Part shown: piece by piece, positions 51,086 to 61,798 of the stretch
Numbering within the stretch: position 1 is the first letter of the stretch
Layout: each line of letters opens with the position of its first letter
Source of the DNA: an uncultured Bacteroidia bacterium
GTDB taxonomy: Bacteria > Bacteroidota > Bacteroidia > Bacteroidales > F082
Length of the DNA: 64,000 nt
Assembly: GCA_902774295.1 (NCBI GenBank)
Contig: CACYHP010000004.1
Coordinates: forward strand, 70,489 to 134,488
Direction: 5' to 3'
The notes under the pieces: model-generated
What the model was told of the DNA's origin: nothing
Database searches by the model: none
The model's input: the letters and a program-made list of their open reading frames with translations, nothing else
Made by a program: the position numbers and the translations under genes

Positions 51086-53922
51086 TCGGTTTTTAGGTAT
51101 TTGGCGGTGTAACCGACTGCTTTTTTTACAATTTCTTCAGGTGTTCCGCAACTTAAAATCATTCCGCCTCTTTCGCCGCCTTCAGGTCCCATGTCGATGA
51201 TGTAATCAGCCATTTTGATGACGTCCATGTTATGCTCGATGATGAGCACGGTATTGCCTTTGTTTACGAGCTTATTCAGCACTTCCATCAATATCTTGAT
51301 ATCTTCGAAATGCAAGCCTGTCGTAGGCTCGTCGAGGATGTACAAGGTCTTTCCAGTGTCGCGTTTTGACAACTCGGTGGCAAGTTTCACACGTTGTGCC
51401 TCGCCGCCGGAAAGGGTGGTTGAAGGCTGTCCTAAGGTGATATATCCCAATCCGACATCCTGTAATGTCTTGATTTTCTGTAAGATGCTCGGGAAGTTCT
51501 CGAAGAATACTACAGCCTCGTCGATTGTCAGGTTAAGCACGTCGTTTATGGATTTACCTTTGAAGCGCACCTCAAGGGTCTCGCGGTTGTAGCGTTTGCC
51601 TTGGCATGTCTCGCATTGCACATGTACGTCAGGCAGGAAATTCATCTCGATGACGCGCACTCCGGCGCCTTGACAGGTCTCGCAGCGGCCGCCTTTCACA
51701 TTGAACGAGAATCGTCCTGATTTATAGCCTCTGATCTTAGATTCAGGCAGCTCGCCGTAAAGCTTTCTGATATCGTCGAACACCTTTGTATATGTCGCAG
51801 GATTCGAGCGCGGTGTCTTTCCGATAGGCGCCTGGTCTATTTCTATGACTTTATCAATAAATTCAAGGCCTTCGATGCGGTCGTAAGGCAACGGGTTCTT
51901 CTCAGAACGATAGAAATGTTTGCTCAGGATAGGGTAGAGCGTCTCGTTGATGAGCGTGGATTTTCCTGAGCCGGAAACGCCTGTCACACAGACCATTACG
52001 CCGAGCGGAAGGTCTAAATCGACGTTTTTGAGGTTGTGTCCTGAAGCGTTGAACAGCTTAAGATGCTGTCCCTCTAATGGCTTACGTCTCGTTGCCGGCA
52101 CTTCGATGCGTTTCTTGCCTCTCAGATAGTCGCAAGTGAGCCCTTTGCCATGCATCGCTTCTTTCGGAGTGCCTTGAAACACTACGTTTCCTCCGTTCAC
52201 GCCTGCACCCGGACCGATGTCGATGAGATGGTCGGCTGCGAGCATGGTGTCTTTGTCGTGCTCCACCACGATGATGCTGTTTCCGATGTCTCGCAACTCT
52301 TTCAACGACTCGATAAGTCTGTGATTATCACGCTGATGCAAGCCAATGGAAGGCTCGTCGAGGATGTATAATATGCCTGTCAGCTGTGAGCCTATCTGTG
52401 TCGCAAGACGAATACGTTGCGCCTCGCCGCCCGAGAGACTCTTTGCTGGACGGTTCATGTTGAGATAATCGATGCCCACGTTGAGTAGGAAGCTGATTCG
52501 TTTCTTGATTTCATTGAGGATATCGTGCGAAATCTCCTTCTGTTTCTCGTCGAGATGCTTCGGGAGGTCATCGAGCCATTTTGAGAGCGAGTTGACGTCC
52601 ATGTCGGCGAGTTCCGCTATGTTTTTGCCGTTAAGACGGAAATAAAGCGCTTCTTTTTTGAGTCTTTGTCCATGACATTCAGGGCATTCGGTCTCGTTCA
52701 TGAAGCTGTTTGCCCATTTCACTATGGATGCGGGCGCATTCTCCTCGTTTTGCTTCTTTATCACGTTGACGACGCCTTCGAAAGGCATTGAGTATGTTGA
52801 GCTTGTGCCAAGATACTCCTTCGTCACTGTGAAGGACTCGTTGCTACCGTAGAGGATTATGCTCATGGCGTTTTCTGGGATTTCGCTGATAGGAGTGTCA
52901 AGTGTAAATCCATATCTTGTTCCGATAGCTTCGAGCTGGTTGAAAACCCAGTTGTTCTTATATTCTCCGAGAGGGGCGAGGCCTCCTTTGCGCAGACTCA
53001 GGCTCGGGTCGGGGATGATTTTTTTCATGTCAACCTGGATGACAGTGCCGAGACCGTTGCATTTCGGGCAGGCGCCGTATGGTGAGTTGAAACTGAAGGT
53101 GTTGGGTTCGGGATCTTGGTATGCGATGCCGGTTGTCGGGCACATCAGCAGCTTGCTGAAATAATGCACGTTGCTGCCGCCTTCTTCGAGAACCATCAAC
53201 ATGCCCTTGCCTCGACGGAAAGCCGTCTCGACCGATTTCACAATCCTATCTTTAAAGTCATCATGGACGACAAGCCGGTCGATAACTATCTCAATATCAT
53301 GGGTTTTGTAACGGTCGAGCTGCATACCGAAGGTGAGTTCGCGAATTTCGCCATCGACACGCACCTTAATATATCCTTGCTGACGGATTTGTTCGAACAA
53401 ATCTCTGTAATGACCCTTTCTGCCTCTCACTACAGGAGCTAACACATTGATTCTCTTGTCTTTGTATTGCTCCATTATCATCTGGGTGATCTGCTCTTCC
53501 GAGTAACGCACCATTTTCTCGCCAGTGTTGTACGAGTAGGGTATTGCTGCTCGCGCATACAGAAGTCGCATGAAGTCATATATTTCAGTGATGGTTCCGA
53601 CGGTTGAGCGCGGGTTGCGGTTCACCGATTTCTGTTCGATGGAGATGACAGGGGAGAGGCCGCGAATCTCATCGACATCAGGGCGTTCCATGCTGCCGAT
53701 AAACTGACGGGCGTATGCCGAAAACGACTCCATATAACGGCGTTGACCCTCGGCATAGATAGTCTCGAAAGCCAACGACGACTTACCCGAGCCACTCAAA
53801 CCGGTTATCACCACGAGTTTGTCACGAGGAATGCGCAAGTCGATGTTTTTCAAGTTGTTCTCACGCGCCCCGTAAATCTCGATGAACTCGTCTTCAGCAA
53901 TATTTCTGTTTTTCTCCGTCAT
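51079..53922 (-). CDS. uvrA: Excinuclease ABC subunit A
   Basis: 947 aa, two ABC ATPase modules ([20 protein letters not shown]) and zinc-finger cysteines. Confidence 0.95.
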   Translation of the reverse strand: MTEKNRNIAEDEFIEIYGARENNLKNIDLRIPRDKLVVITGLSGSGKSSLAFETIYAEGQRRYMESFSAYARQFIGSMERPDVDEIRGLSPVISIEQKSVNRNPRSTVGTITEIYDFMRLLYARAAIPYSYNTGEKMVRYSEEQITQMIMEQYKDKRINVLAPVVRGRKGHYRDLFEQIRQQGYIKVRVDGEIRELTFGMQLDRYKTHDIEIVIDRLVVHDDFKDRIVKSVETAFRRGKGMLMVLEEGGSNVHYFSKLLMCPTTGIAYQDPEPNTFSFNSPYGACPKCNGLGTVIQVDMKKIIPDPSLSLRKGGLAPLGEYKNNWVFNQLEAIGTRYGFTLDTPISEIPENAMSIILYGSNESFTVTKEYLGTSSTYSMPFEGVVNVIKKQNEENAPASIVKWANSFMNETECPECHGQRLKKEALYFRLNGKNIAELADMDVNSLSKWLDDLPKHLDEKQKEISHDILNEIKKRISFLLNVGIDYLNMNRPAKSLSGGEAQRIRLATQIGSQLTGILYILDEPSIGLHQRDNHRLIESLKELRDIGNSIIVVEHDKDTMLAADHLIDIGPGAGVNGGNVVFQGTPKEAMHGKGLTCDYLRGKKRIEVPATRRKPLEGQHLKLFNASGHNLKNVDLDLPLGVMVCVTGVSGSGKSTLINETLYPILSKHFYRSEKNPLPYDRIEGLEFIDKVIEIDQAPIGKTPRSNPATYTKVFDDIRKLYGELPESKIRGYKSGRFSFNVKGGRCETCQGAGVRVIEMNFLPDVHVQCETCQGKRYNRETLEVRFKGKSINDVLNLTIDEAVVFFENFPSILQKIKTLQDVGLGYITLGQPSTTLSGGEAQRVKLATELSKRDTGKTLYILDEPTTGLHFEDIKILMEVLNKLVNKGNTVLIIEHNMDVIKMADYIIDMGPEGGERGGMILSCGTPEEIVKKAVGYTAKYLKTEL

Positions 53923-53927
53923 CTAAA

Positions 53928-54944
53928 CTATTTTAAATCTTCAGCGATAGTGTCGTTGTCAAACTCAATCAAAGCGCCGCCAGTCGCCTCGTTGCAATAG
54001 TCGGCAGTAAGGTCGAAAGGCCTCTTCGGAATCTTAATCTCATAGACTTCTCCGTGCTTGATTTTTAATGAGTTAGAACGTAGCCAAGGATTGAAAATCT
54101 TTAAAAGCTTGTATGTTATATCATGCTCGATGGCAAAATCCGCCCAGTTGTCGACGCTTTTGTCGACTACGACGACTTTGTATCTAAACGGCTGATATTC
54201 AAGGTCTTTACTGACATAAATACCATATTTCTCCGGATTGCTTAAGATGGTTTTGAATGCTAGAATCCTGAAAATGTATCGTTCTGTCTCGTCAGCCATG
54301 AGCAAGTCGTAATATGAATGAACTTTCTGTTCTTTCAGAAACTTGTTCAGGCGTCGTGTTCCAGCGTTGAACGATGCCGCCACGAGCGTCCAGTTATGGT
54401 AAATCTCATACGATTTAAGGAAATAACGGCATGCCGCCTCTGTCTCGAGTTCAACATTATATCGCATGTCGACGTCTTTGTTGATTTCGAGACCGAATTC
54501 TTTGGCGGTGCGTTCCATAAACTGCCAGAAACCTACAGCTCCGGCGGGTGAGACGGCGTTAGAGAGGGTGCTCTCTGCCACGCACAGATACTTGAAATCG
54601 TCGGGGATGCCATATTTCGCAAGGATTGGCTCAATCACCGGAAACCAGCGTGACGAACGTTTCACGAGCAGCATTGTGTTGCTGTGAAAATAGCATGTCG
54701 ACAGCAGTTCGCGTTCGTATCGCTCCCTGATGTTGAACATCTCCAAAGGCACACGCTCACCGGCGAAAGTGATATCGTCGGTGAACTCGATATCGTTGCT
54801 GCGTAGTGCAATCTGTTCTAAGGAAACAGGGCGTTTCTCTGCAATTCTAAGCGCCCTGATACCCAATATGCATGCTGCTATTGCAGCTAATCCTACTATT
54901 ACAACGACTATCTGAAGTGTCAGTAAAACCTTCTTGTTATCCAT
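53928..54944 (-). CDS. Lytic transglycosylase-domain protein (membrane-anchored)
   Basis: N-terminal TM helix. SLT catalytic region ESTLSNAVSPAGAVGFWQFM. Confidence 0.7.
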   Translation of the reverse strand: MDNKKVLLTLQIVVVIVGLAAIAACILGIRALRIAEKRPVSLEQIALRSNDIEFTDDITFAGERVPLEMFNIRERYERELLSTCYFHSNTMLLVKRSSRWFPVIEPILAKYGIPDDFKYLCVAESTLSNAVSPAGAVGFWQFMERTAKEFGLEINKDVDMRYNVELETEAACRYFLKSYEIYHNWTLVAASFNAGTRRLNKFLKEQKVHSYYDLLMADETERYIFRILAFKTILSNPEKYGIYVSKDLEYQPFRYKVVVVDKSVDNWADFAIEHDITYKLLKIFNPWLRSNSLKIKHGEVYEIKIPKRPFDLTADYCNEATGGALIEFDNDTIAEDLK

Positions 54945-56335
54945 TACAGATGAACTACTTCGCCGTATGCTGCCGCTGCAGCTTCCATGATGGCTTCCGA
55001 CATTGTTGGATGCGGGAAGATGTTCTCAATGATGTCGCGGCCTTCAGCGCCGAGTTCGCGTGCCAACACTGCTGTTGCGACCATCTCGGTGACGTTTTCG
55101 CCCACCATGTGGCAGCCTAACCATTTGTTGGTCTTGGCATCGAACACCACCTTGATGAAACCGTCTTTATTGCCTGCTGCTGCTGCCTTTCCTGATGCTG
55201 TGAATGGGAACTTGCCGATTCTCACCTCATAGCCTGCGGCGATAGCTTTAGCTTCGCTCAGACCTACTGAAGCGATTTCAGGAGTGATGTATGTGCAGCC
55301 AGGGATGTTGTTGTAGTTCAATGGCTTAGGATTCAATCCGCAGAACTTCTCAACGCAGATGATAGCCTCGTGTGATGCCTTATGTGCCAATGCCGGTCCG
55401 TGGACGATGTCGCCGATAGCGTAAACGCCCGGTACATTGGTGCGGTAGTAGTCGTCAACGGTGATCTTGCCACGTTCGTTGGCGATGCCGAGGTTCTCAA
55501 GACCGAGGTCTTCGAGGTTGGTCTGTACGCCGACAGCTGAGAGAACGATGTCAGCTTCAACGACTTTCTCGCCTTTCTTGGTATCGATAGTGCAGATGCA
55601 TTTCTCGCCTGTTGTGTCTACTTTTGTCACTGATGCCTCAGTCATCACAGTCATCTTCAGCTTCTTGAAGCAACGCTCGACCTGTTTTGAGACCTCTTCG
55701 TCTTCGTTAGGGACGACGTTTGGCAAGAACTCCACCAATGTCACTTTCACGCCCATTGAGGTGAAGAAGAAGGCGAATTCAGAGCCGATAGCGCCTGAAC
55801 CGACGACCACCATGCTTTCTGGAAGCTTATCCAGCATCAGAGCCTGACGATAGCTGATGATTTTCTTGCCGTCGATAGGCATTGCCGGCAGCTGACGCAC
55901 GCGAGAACCTGTTGCGAGGATGATGTGGTCGGCCTCATATTCTGTTGTATTACCCTCAGCGTCAACGACTTTCACTGTTTTGTTTGCTGTGAGTGAGCCG
56001 AGACCCGGGATCAGTTCAACGTTGTTTTTCTTAAAGAGGTATTGCACGCCTTTGCTCATGCCGTCAGCGACGCCACGGCTGCGAGCGACCACGGCCTCCA
56101 TGTCTGGATGGACCTCGCCCTCGAGCTTAATGCCATAATTCTCAGCGTGTTGCATATATGTATAGACAGCTGCACTCTTCAGCAGAGCCTTGGTCGGGAT
56201 GCAGCCCCAGTTGAGGCATGTGCCGCCAATTTCAGCTTTTTCTACTACTCCAACTTTCTTGCCGAGCTGTGAAGCTCTGATAGCTGCGACGTAACCGCCA
56301 GGACCGCTACCAATTACAATAACATCGTACTTCAT
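54944..56335 (-). CDS. lpdA: Dihydrolipoyl dehydrogenase
   Basis: GSGPGGY, redox-active GGTCLNWGCIPTK, C-terminal HPTMSE. Start set at MKYDVIVIG. Confidence 0.9.
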   Translation of the reverse strand: MKYDVIVIGSGPGGYVAAIRASQLGKKVGVVEKAEIGGTCLNWGCIPTKALLKSAAVYTYMQHAENYGIKLEGEVHPDMEAVVARSRGVADGMSKGVQYLFKKNNVELIPGLGSLTANKTVKVVDAEGNTTEYEADHIILATGSRVRQLPAMPIDGKKIISYRQALMLDKLPESMVVVGSGAIGSEFAFFFTSMGVKVTLVEFLPNVVPNEDEEVSKQVERCFKKLKMTVMTEASVTKVDTTGEKCICTIDTKKGEKVVEADIVLSAVGVQTNLEDLGLENLGIANERGKITVDDYYRTNVPGVYAIGDIVHGPALAHKASHEAIICVEKFCGLNPKPLNYNNIPGCTYITPEIASVGLSEAKAIAAGYEVRIGKFPFTASGKAAAAGNKDGFIKVVFDAKTNKWLGCHMVGENVTEMVATAVLARELGAEGRDIIENIFPHPTMSEAIMEAAAAAYGEVVHL

Positions 56336-56415
56336 GATTATCAATGATTTATGTTTATTTTTAATATATTTTCACTTAATTGTGCTTTAGAGTGCGAAAT
56401 TACAAAAAATTTTAT

Positions 56416-56423
56416 TATCTTTG
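56416..56423 (+). promoter_or_regulatory. -7 box (TATCTTTG) upstream of the orphan ORF
   Basis: Matches TAnnTTTG 92 nt upstream of 56515. Confidence 0.35.
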
Positions 56424-56514
56424 CAACATTGTTAGTGGAGAATTTTCTTCATGTTAATATTTGCCCAAAAGCAATTTTCTTTACATTTTTTTGTTCCTTT
56501 AAATTATTTAAATT

Positions 56515-56943
56515 ATGCAAGCCGATTATTCCAATAGTCCGCTTATGCCATTTAAATGGTATGAGGTGGCGTGTACTAAGGAGAAATGTCTCTTTACGAA
56601 ACTTGATGTGTTTATGTATCTGTCTGCTGCTCATGACAATTCATTTGAGCTTCTTTATGTTTCAATAGATGAAATAAGTCGTCGTTTAACGAGATGCTAT
56701 CATGGAAAATTTGTCGTCAGAATGCGAAATAACTATTTGATTATTAGAAATGGCCTTTGGAGAAAGAAATATCTCGTCATCGAATATGACGAATCTTCAG
56801 GTATTTTAATACTTGCAAACAGAAGAAAATCAAAATGTTGGATTCTGACAAAGAAATTGCCCTATGACAAATCGGTTTTGGAAAAACTTCTCAAATCAGT
56901 TGAAAAACAAGGTGTTGACGTGTCTAATATTGTGTTTTTCTAA
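56515..56943 (+). CDS. Hypothetical protein (orphan, AT-rich)
   Basis: 142-aa ORF in an AT-rich spacer between lpdA and purB, with no motif I recognise. Confidence 0.35.
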   Translation: MQADYSNSPLMPFKWYEVACTKEKCLFTKLDVFMYLSAAHDNSFELLYVSIDEISRRLTRCYHGKFVVRMRNNYLIIRNGLWRKKYLVIEYDESSGILILANRRKSKCWILTKKLPYDKSVLEKLLKSVEKQGVDVSNIVFF

Positions 56944-57040
56944 GTTTGAAATTAGAATATTTATAATATGATAATTCAATGTAAAAATCCTTGTGTTGAA
57001 ATTTGCTAAAATAATTTTTTATATATAAAGATTTTCTTCC

Positions 57041-57048
57041 TATATTTG
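57041..57048 (+). promoter_or_regulatory. -7 box (TATATTTG) for purB
   Basis: Matches TAnnTTTG 29 nt upstream of the ATG. Confidence 0.45.
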
Positions 57049-57076
57049 CAAGTTTGAACGACAAGATTTTTTAAAG

Positions 57077-58432
57077 ATGAATATATCAGAATTAACAGCT
57101 ATTTCACCTATCGACGGTCGTTATCGCAAGAAAGTTGAGCGACTGGACGAGTATTTTTCAGAATTTGGACTGATCCGCGCCAGAGTGATGGTGGAGGTCG
57201 AGTATTTTATTGCACTTTGCCAGCTGCCATTGCCTCAACTTGCAAGTTTTGACCCAAAATATTTCCGTAAGTTGAGAAATATCGTCAAAAACTTTAAAGT
57301 CGCTGATGCTCAAGAGATTAAAGAAATTGAAAAGACCACAAACCACGACGTGAAGGCTGTGGAATATTTCCTGAAACGCCGTTTCGACGAGATGAATCTG
57401 AGCCAGTTCAAGGAATTTATCCACTTTGGACTTACGTCACAGGATATCAACAACAGCGCTGTGCCTTTCACGATGAAAGAGGCAAACAGAGAGCTCGTTA
57501 TCCCTGCTATCGAAAAGATTATCAATAGATTAGCTGAGCTTGCAAACGAATGGCGTAATGTCCCGATGTTGGCACATACCCACGGTCAACCGGCGAGCCC
57601 TACACATCTCGGAAAAGAGATTTATGTGTTTGTCGAGCGTCTTGAAAACCAGTTGAATGAGCTGAAAAGACTTCCGTTTGAGAACAAATTCGGTGGAGCC
57701 ACGGGTAATATGAATGCTCATAAAGTGGCGTATCCGCAGTTCGATTGGAAAGAGTTTGCAGCTAAATTCAGCAAGAGAATCGGACTGAAACGTCAGGAAA
57801 CGACAACGCAGATTGAGCATTACGACGTGATGGCGGAGTATTTTGATACCATCAAACGCATCAATACGATATTGATTGATTTGTCGCGCGACATCTGGAT
57901 GTATATCTCGATGGATTACTTCAAACAGAAGATTAAAGCCGGCGAGGTTGGTTCTTCAGCTATGCCGCATAAAGTGAATCCTATCGATTTCGAGAATGCG
58001 GAAGGCAACCTCGGAATGGCAAACGCCATCTTTGAGCATCTCAGCCGCAAGCTCCCGATCAGCCGCATGCAACGCGACCTTACCGACTCGACGGTGACAC
58101 GTAACATCGGAGTGCCGTTAGCTCACACTTTGATCGCAACAAGTTCATTATCAAAAGGTTTGGATAAGCTGATTCTTAACGAGACGAAGCTTCGTGCAGA
58201 CCTGCAAAACAACTACGCTGTTGTCGCGGAAGCGATCCAGACTATTCTCCGTCGCGAACAGGTTGAAGGCGCCTACGAGCTTCTCAAAGGTCTCACCCGT
58301 ACCAACGAGAAGGTGACTCGTGAGTCAATCGATGCATTTATCGACCAACTGCCTGTCAGCCAATCAGTTAAGAAGGAGATGCATGCTATAACACCGGAAA
58401 ATTACACCGGTTTTAACTATGTAAACGATTAA
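57077..58432 (+). CDS. purB: Adenylosuccinate lyase
   Basis: SPIDGRY, TSQDINN, fumarate-lyase signature GSSAMPHKVNP. Confidence 0.9.
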   Translation: MNISELTAISPIDGRYRKKVERLDEYFSEFGLIRARVMVEVEYFIALCQLPLPQLASFDPKYFRKLRNIVKNFKVADAQEIKEIEKTTNHDVKAVEYFLKRRFDEMNLSQFKEFIHFGLTSQDINNSAVPFTMKEANRELVIPAIEKIINRLAELANEWRNVPMLAHTHGQPASPTHLGKEIYVFVERLENQLNELKRLPFENKFGGATGNMNAHKVAYPQFDWKEFAAKFSKRIGLKRQETTTQIEHYDVMAEYFDTIKRINTILIDLSRDIWMYISMDYFKQKIKAGEVGSSAMPHKVNPIDFENAEGNLGMANAIFEHLSRKLPISRMQRDLTDSTVTRNIGVPLAHTLIATSSLSKGLDKLILNETKLRADLQNNYAVVAEAIQTILRREQVEGAYELLKGLTRTNEKVTRESIDAFIDQLPVSQSVKKEMHAITPENYTGFNYVND

Positions 58433-58435
58433 AAA

Positions 58436-60283
58436 ATGGATAAAAAAAGAAATTTTCGCAGGATATTACATTATGTCAAGCCGTACTGGTTTAGCATCTT
58501 GATGAACATTGTTTTCAATATTCTAGCAATAGTGTTCTCATTGTTCTCATTCTCGATGATTGTGCCGTTTTTGAACCTTTTGTTCAATCCCGACAACCTC
58601 ACTACAATCAAGCCGGAATTTGCACTCGACACCGATTCGCTGCTTGCGTTGCTTGACTATTATGTGAGTTATATCATCATTCTGAAAGGACAGGCTGCGG
58701 CGTTGGTTTTCATCTGCCTGTTGCTTGTCATAGCTTTCTTCCTGCGAAATATTACGACTTATTTTGCCTTGTATTTTATGGTCGGGGCGCGAGCCGGCAC
58801 CATAAAGGATATCCGCAACGATTTGTACAAGAAAATCATGATTTTACCGCTGTCGTTCTACAGCAAACATAAAAAAGGCGACATCATGGCTCGTATCACC
58901 ACCGATGTGCAGGAAATCGAGGTGTCAATCATCAGTTATCTCGACGTTTTCATCAAGTCGCCACTGACAATAGCGGCATATTTCGCATATATGCTGGGTG
59001 TGAGCTGGCGTCTGACGCTCTTTGTGGTGTTGCTGCTCCCAATCGGCGGTCTCATCATCGGCTGGATTGGAAAATCATTGAAGAAAGACTCTCTCGACGG
59101 ACAGAACCGATTCGCCGGGATGCTTGCCACCATTGAGGAAACCATCGGCGGGCTGCGTATCATCAAGGCTTTCAACGCCATCGATTATTCGAGTGAAAAA
59201 TTCAACGAGCAGAATGGCCGTTACACTCGAGTGATAAAATTCGTGAACCGCAAGCGTGACCTCAGCTCCCCGATGAGCGAGTTCCTTTCATCTATCATCA
59301 TCGCTATCGTGATATGGTTTGGCGCTACCCTTATTTTGGATGCAGCCAAGAATCCTGAGGCGGTGTCGAGCATCACAGCGGCTAATTTCATAGCATATAT
59401 CGTGGTGTTCTCACAGATTATATCTCCGGCCAAGTCATTCTCGCAAGGTTTCTACAGCCTTCAGAAAGGAATGGCATCAGCCGACCGTATCTTCGAAGTG
59501 CTTGATGCTGAAGAAGTTATAGTTGAGAAACAAGATGCATTGCCATTGCCTGATTTCAAGAATTCCATTGTTTATAATAATGTGAGTTTCCATTATAATG
59601 AGGTTAATGTGTTGAAAAACATTGACTTAACCATTCCGAAAGGCAAGATGATAGCGCTCGTTGGCGAAAGCGGCGGCGGTAAGTCCACATTGGTCGACCT
59701 GCTTCCTCGTTTTTATGATGTCAGTGAGGGTCATATTCTCATTGACGGTATTGACGTGCGTGATTTCAAGATTTGTGATGTGCGCGGCTTGATGGGCATC
59801 GTCTCGCAGGAGAGCATCTTATTTAACGACACCGTATTTAATAATATAGCGTTCGGACTTGAGCACGCTACACGTGAAGCGGTCATCGAGGCGGCTAAGA
59901 TCGCCAATGCACACGATTTCATCATGGAGATGGAAGACGGATACGACACATATATCGGCGACCGTGGAATGAATCTCTCCGGCGGTCAGCGCCAGAGAAT
60001 CAGCATTGCAAGAGCGGTCCTGAAAAACCCTCCGATTCTCATCCTCGACGAAGCGACCTCGTCACTCGATACCGAAAGCGAACGCCTTGTGCAGGAAGCA
60101 CTCGCAAAGGTTATGACAAACCGTACGTCTATCGTCATCGCACACCGTCTGTCGACAATTCAGAATGCCGACGAGATCCTGGTGATGGTGAAAGGTCAGA
60201 TCGTGGAACGAGGCAAACACGAGGAACTCATCGAAAAAGGTGGCGTTTACAAGCGTTTGACCGATCTGCAGTCATTTAATTAA
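58436..60283 (+). CDS. ABC transporter, fused permease/ATPase (MsbA-like exporter)
   Basis: Six-TM domain. Walker A GESGGGKST, signature LSGGQRQR, Walker B ILILDEATS. Confidence 0.85.
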   Translation: MDKKRNFRRILHYVKPYWFSILMNIVFNILAIVFSLFSFSMIVPFLNLLFNPDNLTTIKPEFALDTDSLLALLDYYVSYIIILKGQAAALVFICLLLVIAFFLRNITTYFALYFMVGARAGTIKDIRNDLYKKIMILPLSFYSKHKKGDIMARITTDVQEIEVSIISYLDVFIKSPLTIAAYFAYMLGVSWRLTLFVVLLLPIGGLIIGWIGKSLKKDSLDGQNRFAGMLATIEETIGGLRIIKAFNAIDYSSEKFNEQNGRYTRVIKFVNRKRDLSSPMSEFLSSIIIAIVIWFGATLILDAAKNPEAVSSITAANFIAYIVVFSQIISPAKSFSQGFYSLQKGMASADRIFEVLDAEEVIVEKQDALPLPDFKNSIVYNNVSFHYNEVNVLKNIDLTIPKGKMIALVGESGGGKSTLVDLLPRFYDVSEGHILIDGIDVRDFKICDVRGLMGIVSQESILFNDTVFNNIAFGLEHATREAVIEAAKIANAHDFIMEMEDGYDTYIGDRGMNLSGGQRQRISIARAVLKNPPILILDEATSSLDTESERLVQEALAKVMTNRTSIVIAHRLSTIQNADEILVMVKGQIVERGKHEELIEKGGVYKRLTDLQSFN

Positions 60284-60336
60284 AAGAATTTGGACAACAT
60301 TTAGAATTATATTATTAGGAAAATTTAAATTGAATT

Positions 60337-60891
60337 ATGGATTTAAGTAAAGTTGTAGCCATTTCTGGCAAACCAGGTCTGTTCCTCGTCACAACCAACG
60401 GCGGAGGAAAGCTTATTGTTGAGTCATTGTTGGACGGAAAGCGTATCCCAGCTTTCGCAAACGACAAAATCAGTTCTTTGGAGGAAATAAGCATATTCAC
60501 AACAGGTGAAGACAAGCCTTTGAAGGAAGTTTTCGTGAGCATTCATGAGAAAATAGGTGACAAACTCGATTTCGATCCTAAGAAGGCATCACCGGTCGAG
60601 CTGAGAGAGAAGTTCATGCTCGTATTGCCTGAATACGACGAAGACGCTGTGTATCAGTCAGATATGAAGAAGGTGTTCCAGTGGTATCAGCTTCTTAACG
60701 ATAAGGGCATCCTCGATTTCAACGTGGAAGAGAAGAAAGAGGAGGAGAAGCCAGAGGAAGCAACGGCTGAGAAAAAAGCTGTGAAGAAGGCTCCTGCAAA
60801 GAAAGCCGCACCAAAAGCAGCAGCAAAGGAAAACGTGAAAGCCGCTGCCGCTCCAGCAACAAAGTCAACAAAGAAACCGAAAAAAGTGTAA
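60337..60891 (+). CDS. DUF5606-like protein with a histone H1-like Lys/Ala-rich tail
   Basis: The N-terminal ~130 aa are globular. The tail is EKKAVKKAPAKKAAPKAAAKENVKAAAAPATKSTKKPKKV. Confidence 0.55.
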   Translation: MDLSKVVAISGKPGLFLVTTNGGGKLIVESLLDGKRIPAFANDKISSLEEISIFTTGEDKPLKEVFVSIHEKIGDKLDFDPKKASPVELREKFMLVLPEYDEDAVYQSDMKKVFQWYQLLNDKGILDFNVEEKKEEEKPEEATAEKKAVKKAPAKKAAPKAAAKENVKAAAAPATKSTKKPKKV

Positions 60892-60894
60892 ATA

Positions 60895-61038
60895 AATGTG
60901 CTGCTTTGCAGAATGTGCTGCTACGCAGAATATGTTGCTGCGCAAAATGTGTGGCCTGCGGCCAATGGGCGAAGCCCACACATTCCGCGAAACGGCACAT
61001 TTCACGAAGTGAACCACATTCTGCGAAGCAGCAAATTT
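60895..61038. repeat. Array of eight 17-19-nt units, four direct then four inverted, each with a 4-bp mini-hairpin
   Basis: Direct units: AATGTGCTGCTTTGCAG, AATGTGCTGCTACGCAG, AATATGTTGCTGCGCAA, AATGTGTGGCCTGCGGC. Inverted units after the centre: GGCGAAGCCCACACATT, CCGCGAAACGGCACATT, TCACGAAGTGAACCACATT, CTGCGAAGCAGCAAATTT. Confidence 0.85.
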
Positions 61039-61042
61039 AAAT

Positions 61043-61798
61043 ATGAAAATTATTGATTTTATCATTGTAGAAAAGCAATCATTTCAGCGTGCTGCGTTGT
61101 TGAAACTGAAATCAGCGACGCAGTTGCCTGAGATAGCCGGCGGTCAGTTTGTGAACGTGCGCGTCGACGGCTGCGATAAAGCCTATCTGCGTCGTCCGAT
61201 CTCCATCCACGACGTTGATTATCAGAATAATACCATCGACCTGCTGATTCAGGAGAAGCACGAAGGCACAAAGAAACTGTGTGCCTTGCCGGTAGGAGCC
61301 AAGGTGAACGTGGTTTTGCCTCTTGGCAACGGCTTCACCATGCCTGCCAAAGACGACAATATTCTGTTGGTCGGCGGTGGAATAGGAATTGCGCCTTTGC
61401 TTTATTTTGCTAAGAAATGCAATTATCTGCCAAACGTGAATTTCCTTTTGGGCGGTCGCACGCAGTCCGACCTGATGCTTCTTGATCGTTTCCGTAATGA
61501 GGGTGACGTATTCATCACCACCAACGACGGCTCGATGGGCGAGAAAGGCTTCGTGACGGAGCATTCGCTTTGGAATACGATGGAAATCAATAAGATATAC
61601 GCCTGCGGCCCGATGCCTATGATGAAAGCAGTGGCAAAGGTCGCAAGAGAAAAAGGCATCTGGTGCGAGGTGTCGCTCGAAAACCAGATGGCATGCGGCA
61701 TCGGCGCCTGCCTGTGCTGCGTTGAGAACACCAAAGAAGGTAATCTGTGCGTTTGTAAAGAAGGTCCGGTATTTAATATTGAGAGGCTGCTATGGTAA
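61043..61798 (+). CDS. pyrK: Dihydroorotate dehydrogenase B, electron-transfer subunit
   Basis: RRPISI FAD-binding motif, [10 protein letters not shown]-terminal 2Fe-2S cysteines (C..GIGAC..C...C). Confidence 0.85.
   Translation: MKIIDFIIVEKQSFQRAALLKLKSATQLPEIAGGQFVNVRVDGCDKAYLRRPISIHDVDYQNNTIDLLIQEKHEGTKKLCALPVGAKVNVVLPLGNGFTMPAKDDNILLVGGGIGIAPLLYFAKKCNYLPNVNFLLGGRTQSDLMLLDRFRNEGDVFITTNDGSMGEKGFVTEHSLWNTMEINKIYACGPMPMMKAVAKVAREKGIWCEVSLENQMACGIGACLCCVENTKEGNLCVCKEGPVFNIERLLW

Noticed and set aside
56351-56668. 105-aa plus-strand ORF in the lpdA upstream region.
   Set aside because: It is an AT-rich, Phe/Ile/Leu-rich translation of promoter DNA, and it overlaps the better-placed 56515 ORF in another frame.
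60895-61038. Possibility that the 17-nt array, or the 7-8-nt arrays at 24596, 28229 and 49243, are CRISPR arrays.
   Set aside because: The units are contiguous with no unique spacers and are far shorter than CRISPR repeats. There are no cas genes in the window.
60719-61065. Minus-strand ORFs (93 aa and 66 aa) running through the Lys/Ala-tail region and the pyrK leader array.
   Set aside because: They translate the repeat array and the antisense of a low-complexity tail. The repetitive peptides (HILRSNIFCVAAHSAKQHI...) merely mirror the 17-nt DNA repeat.
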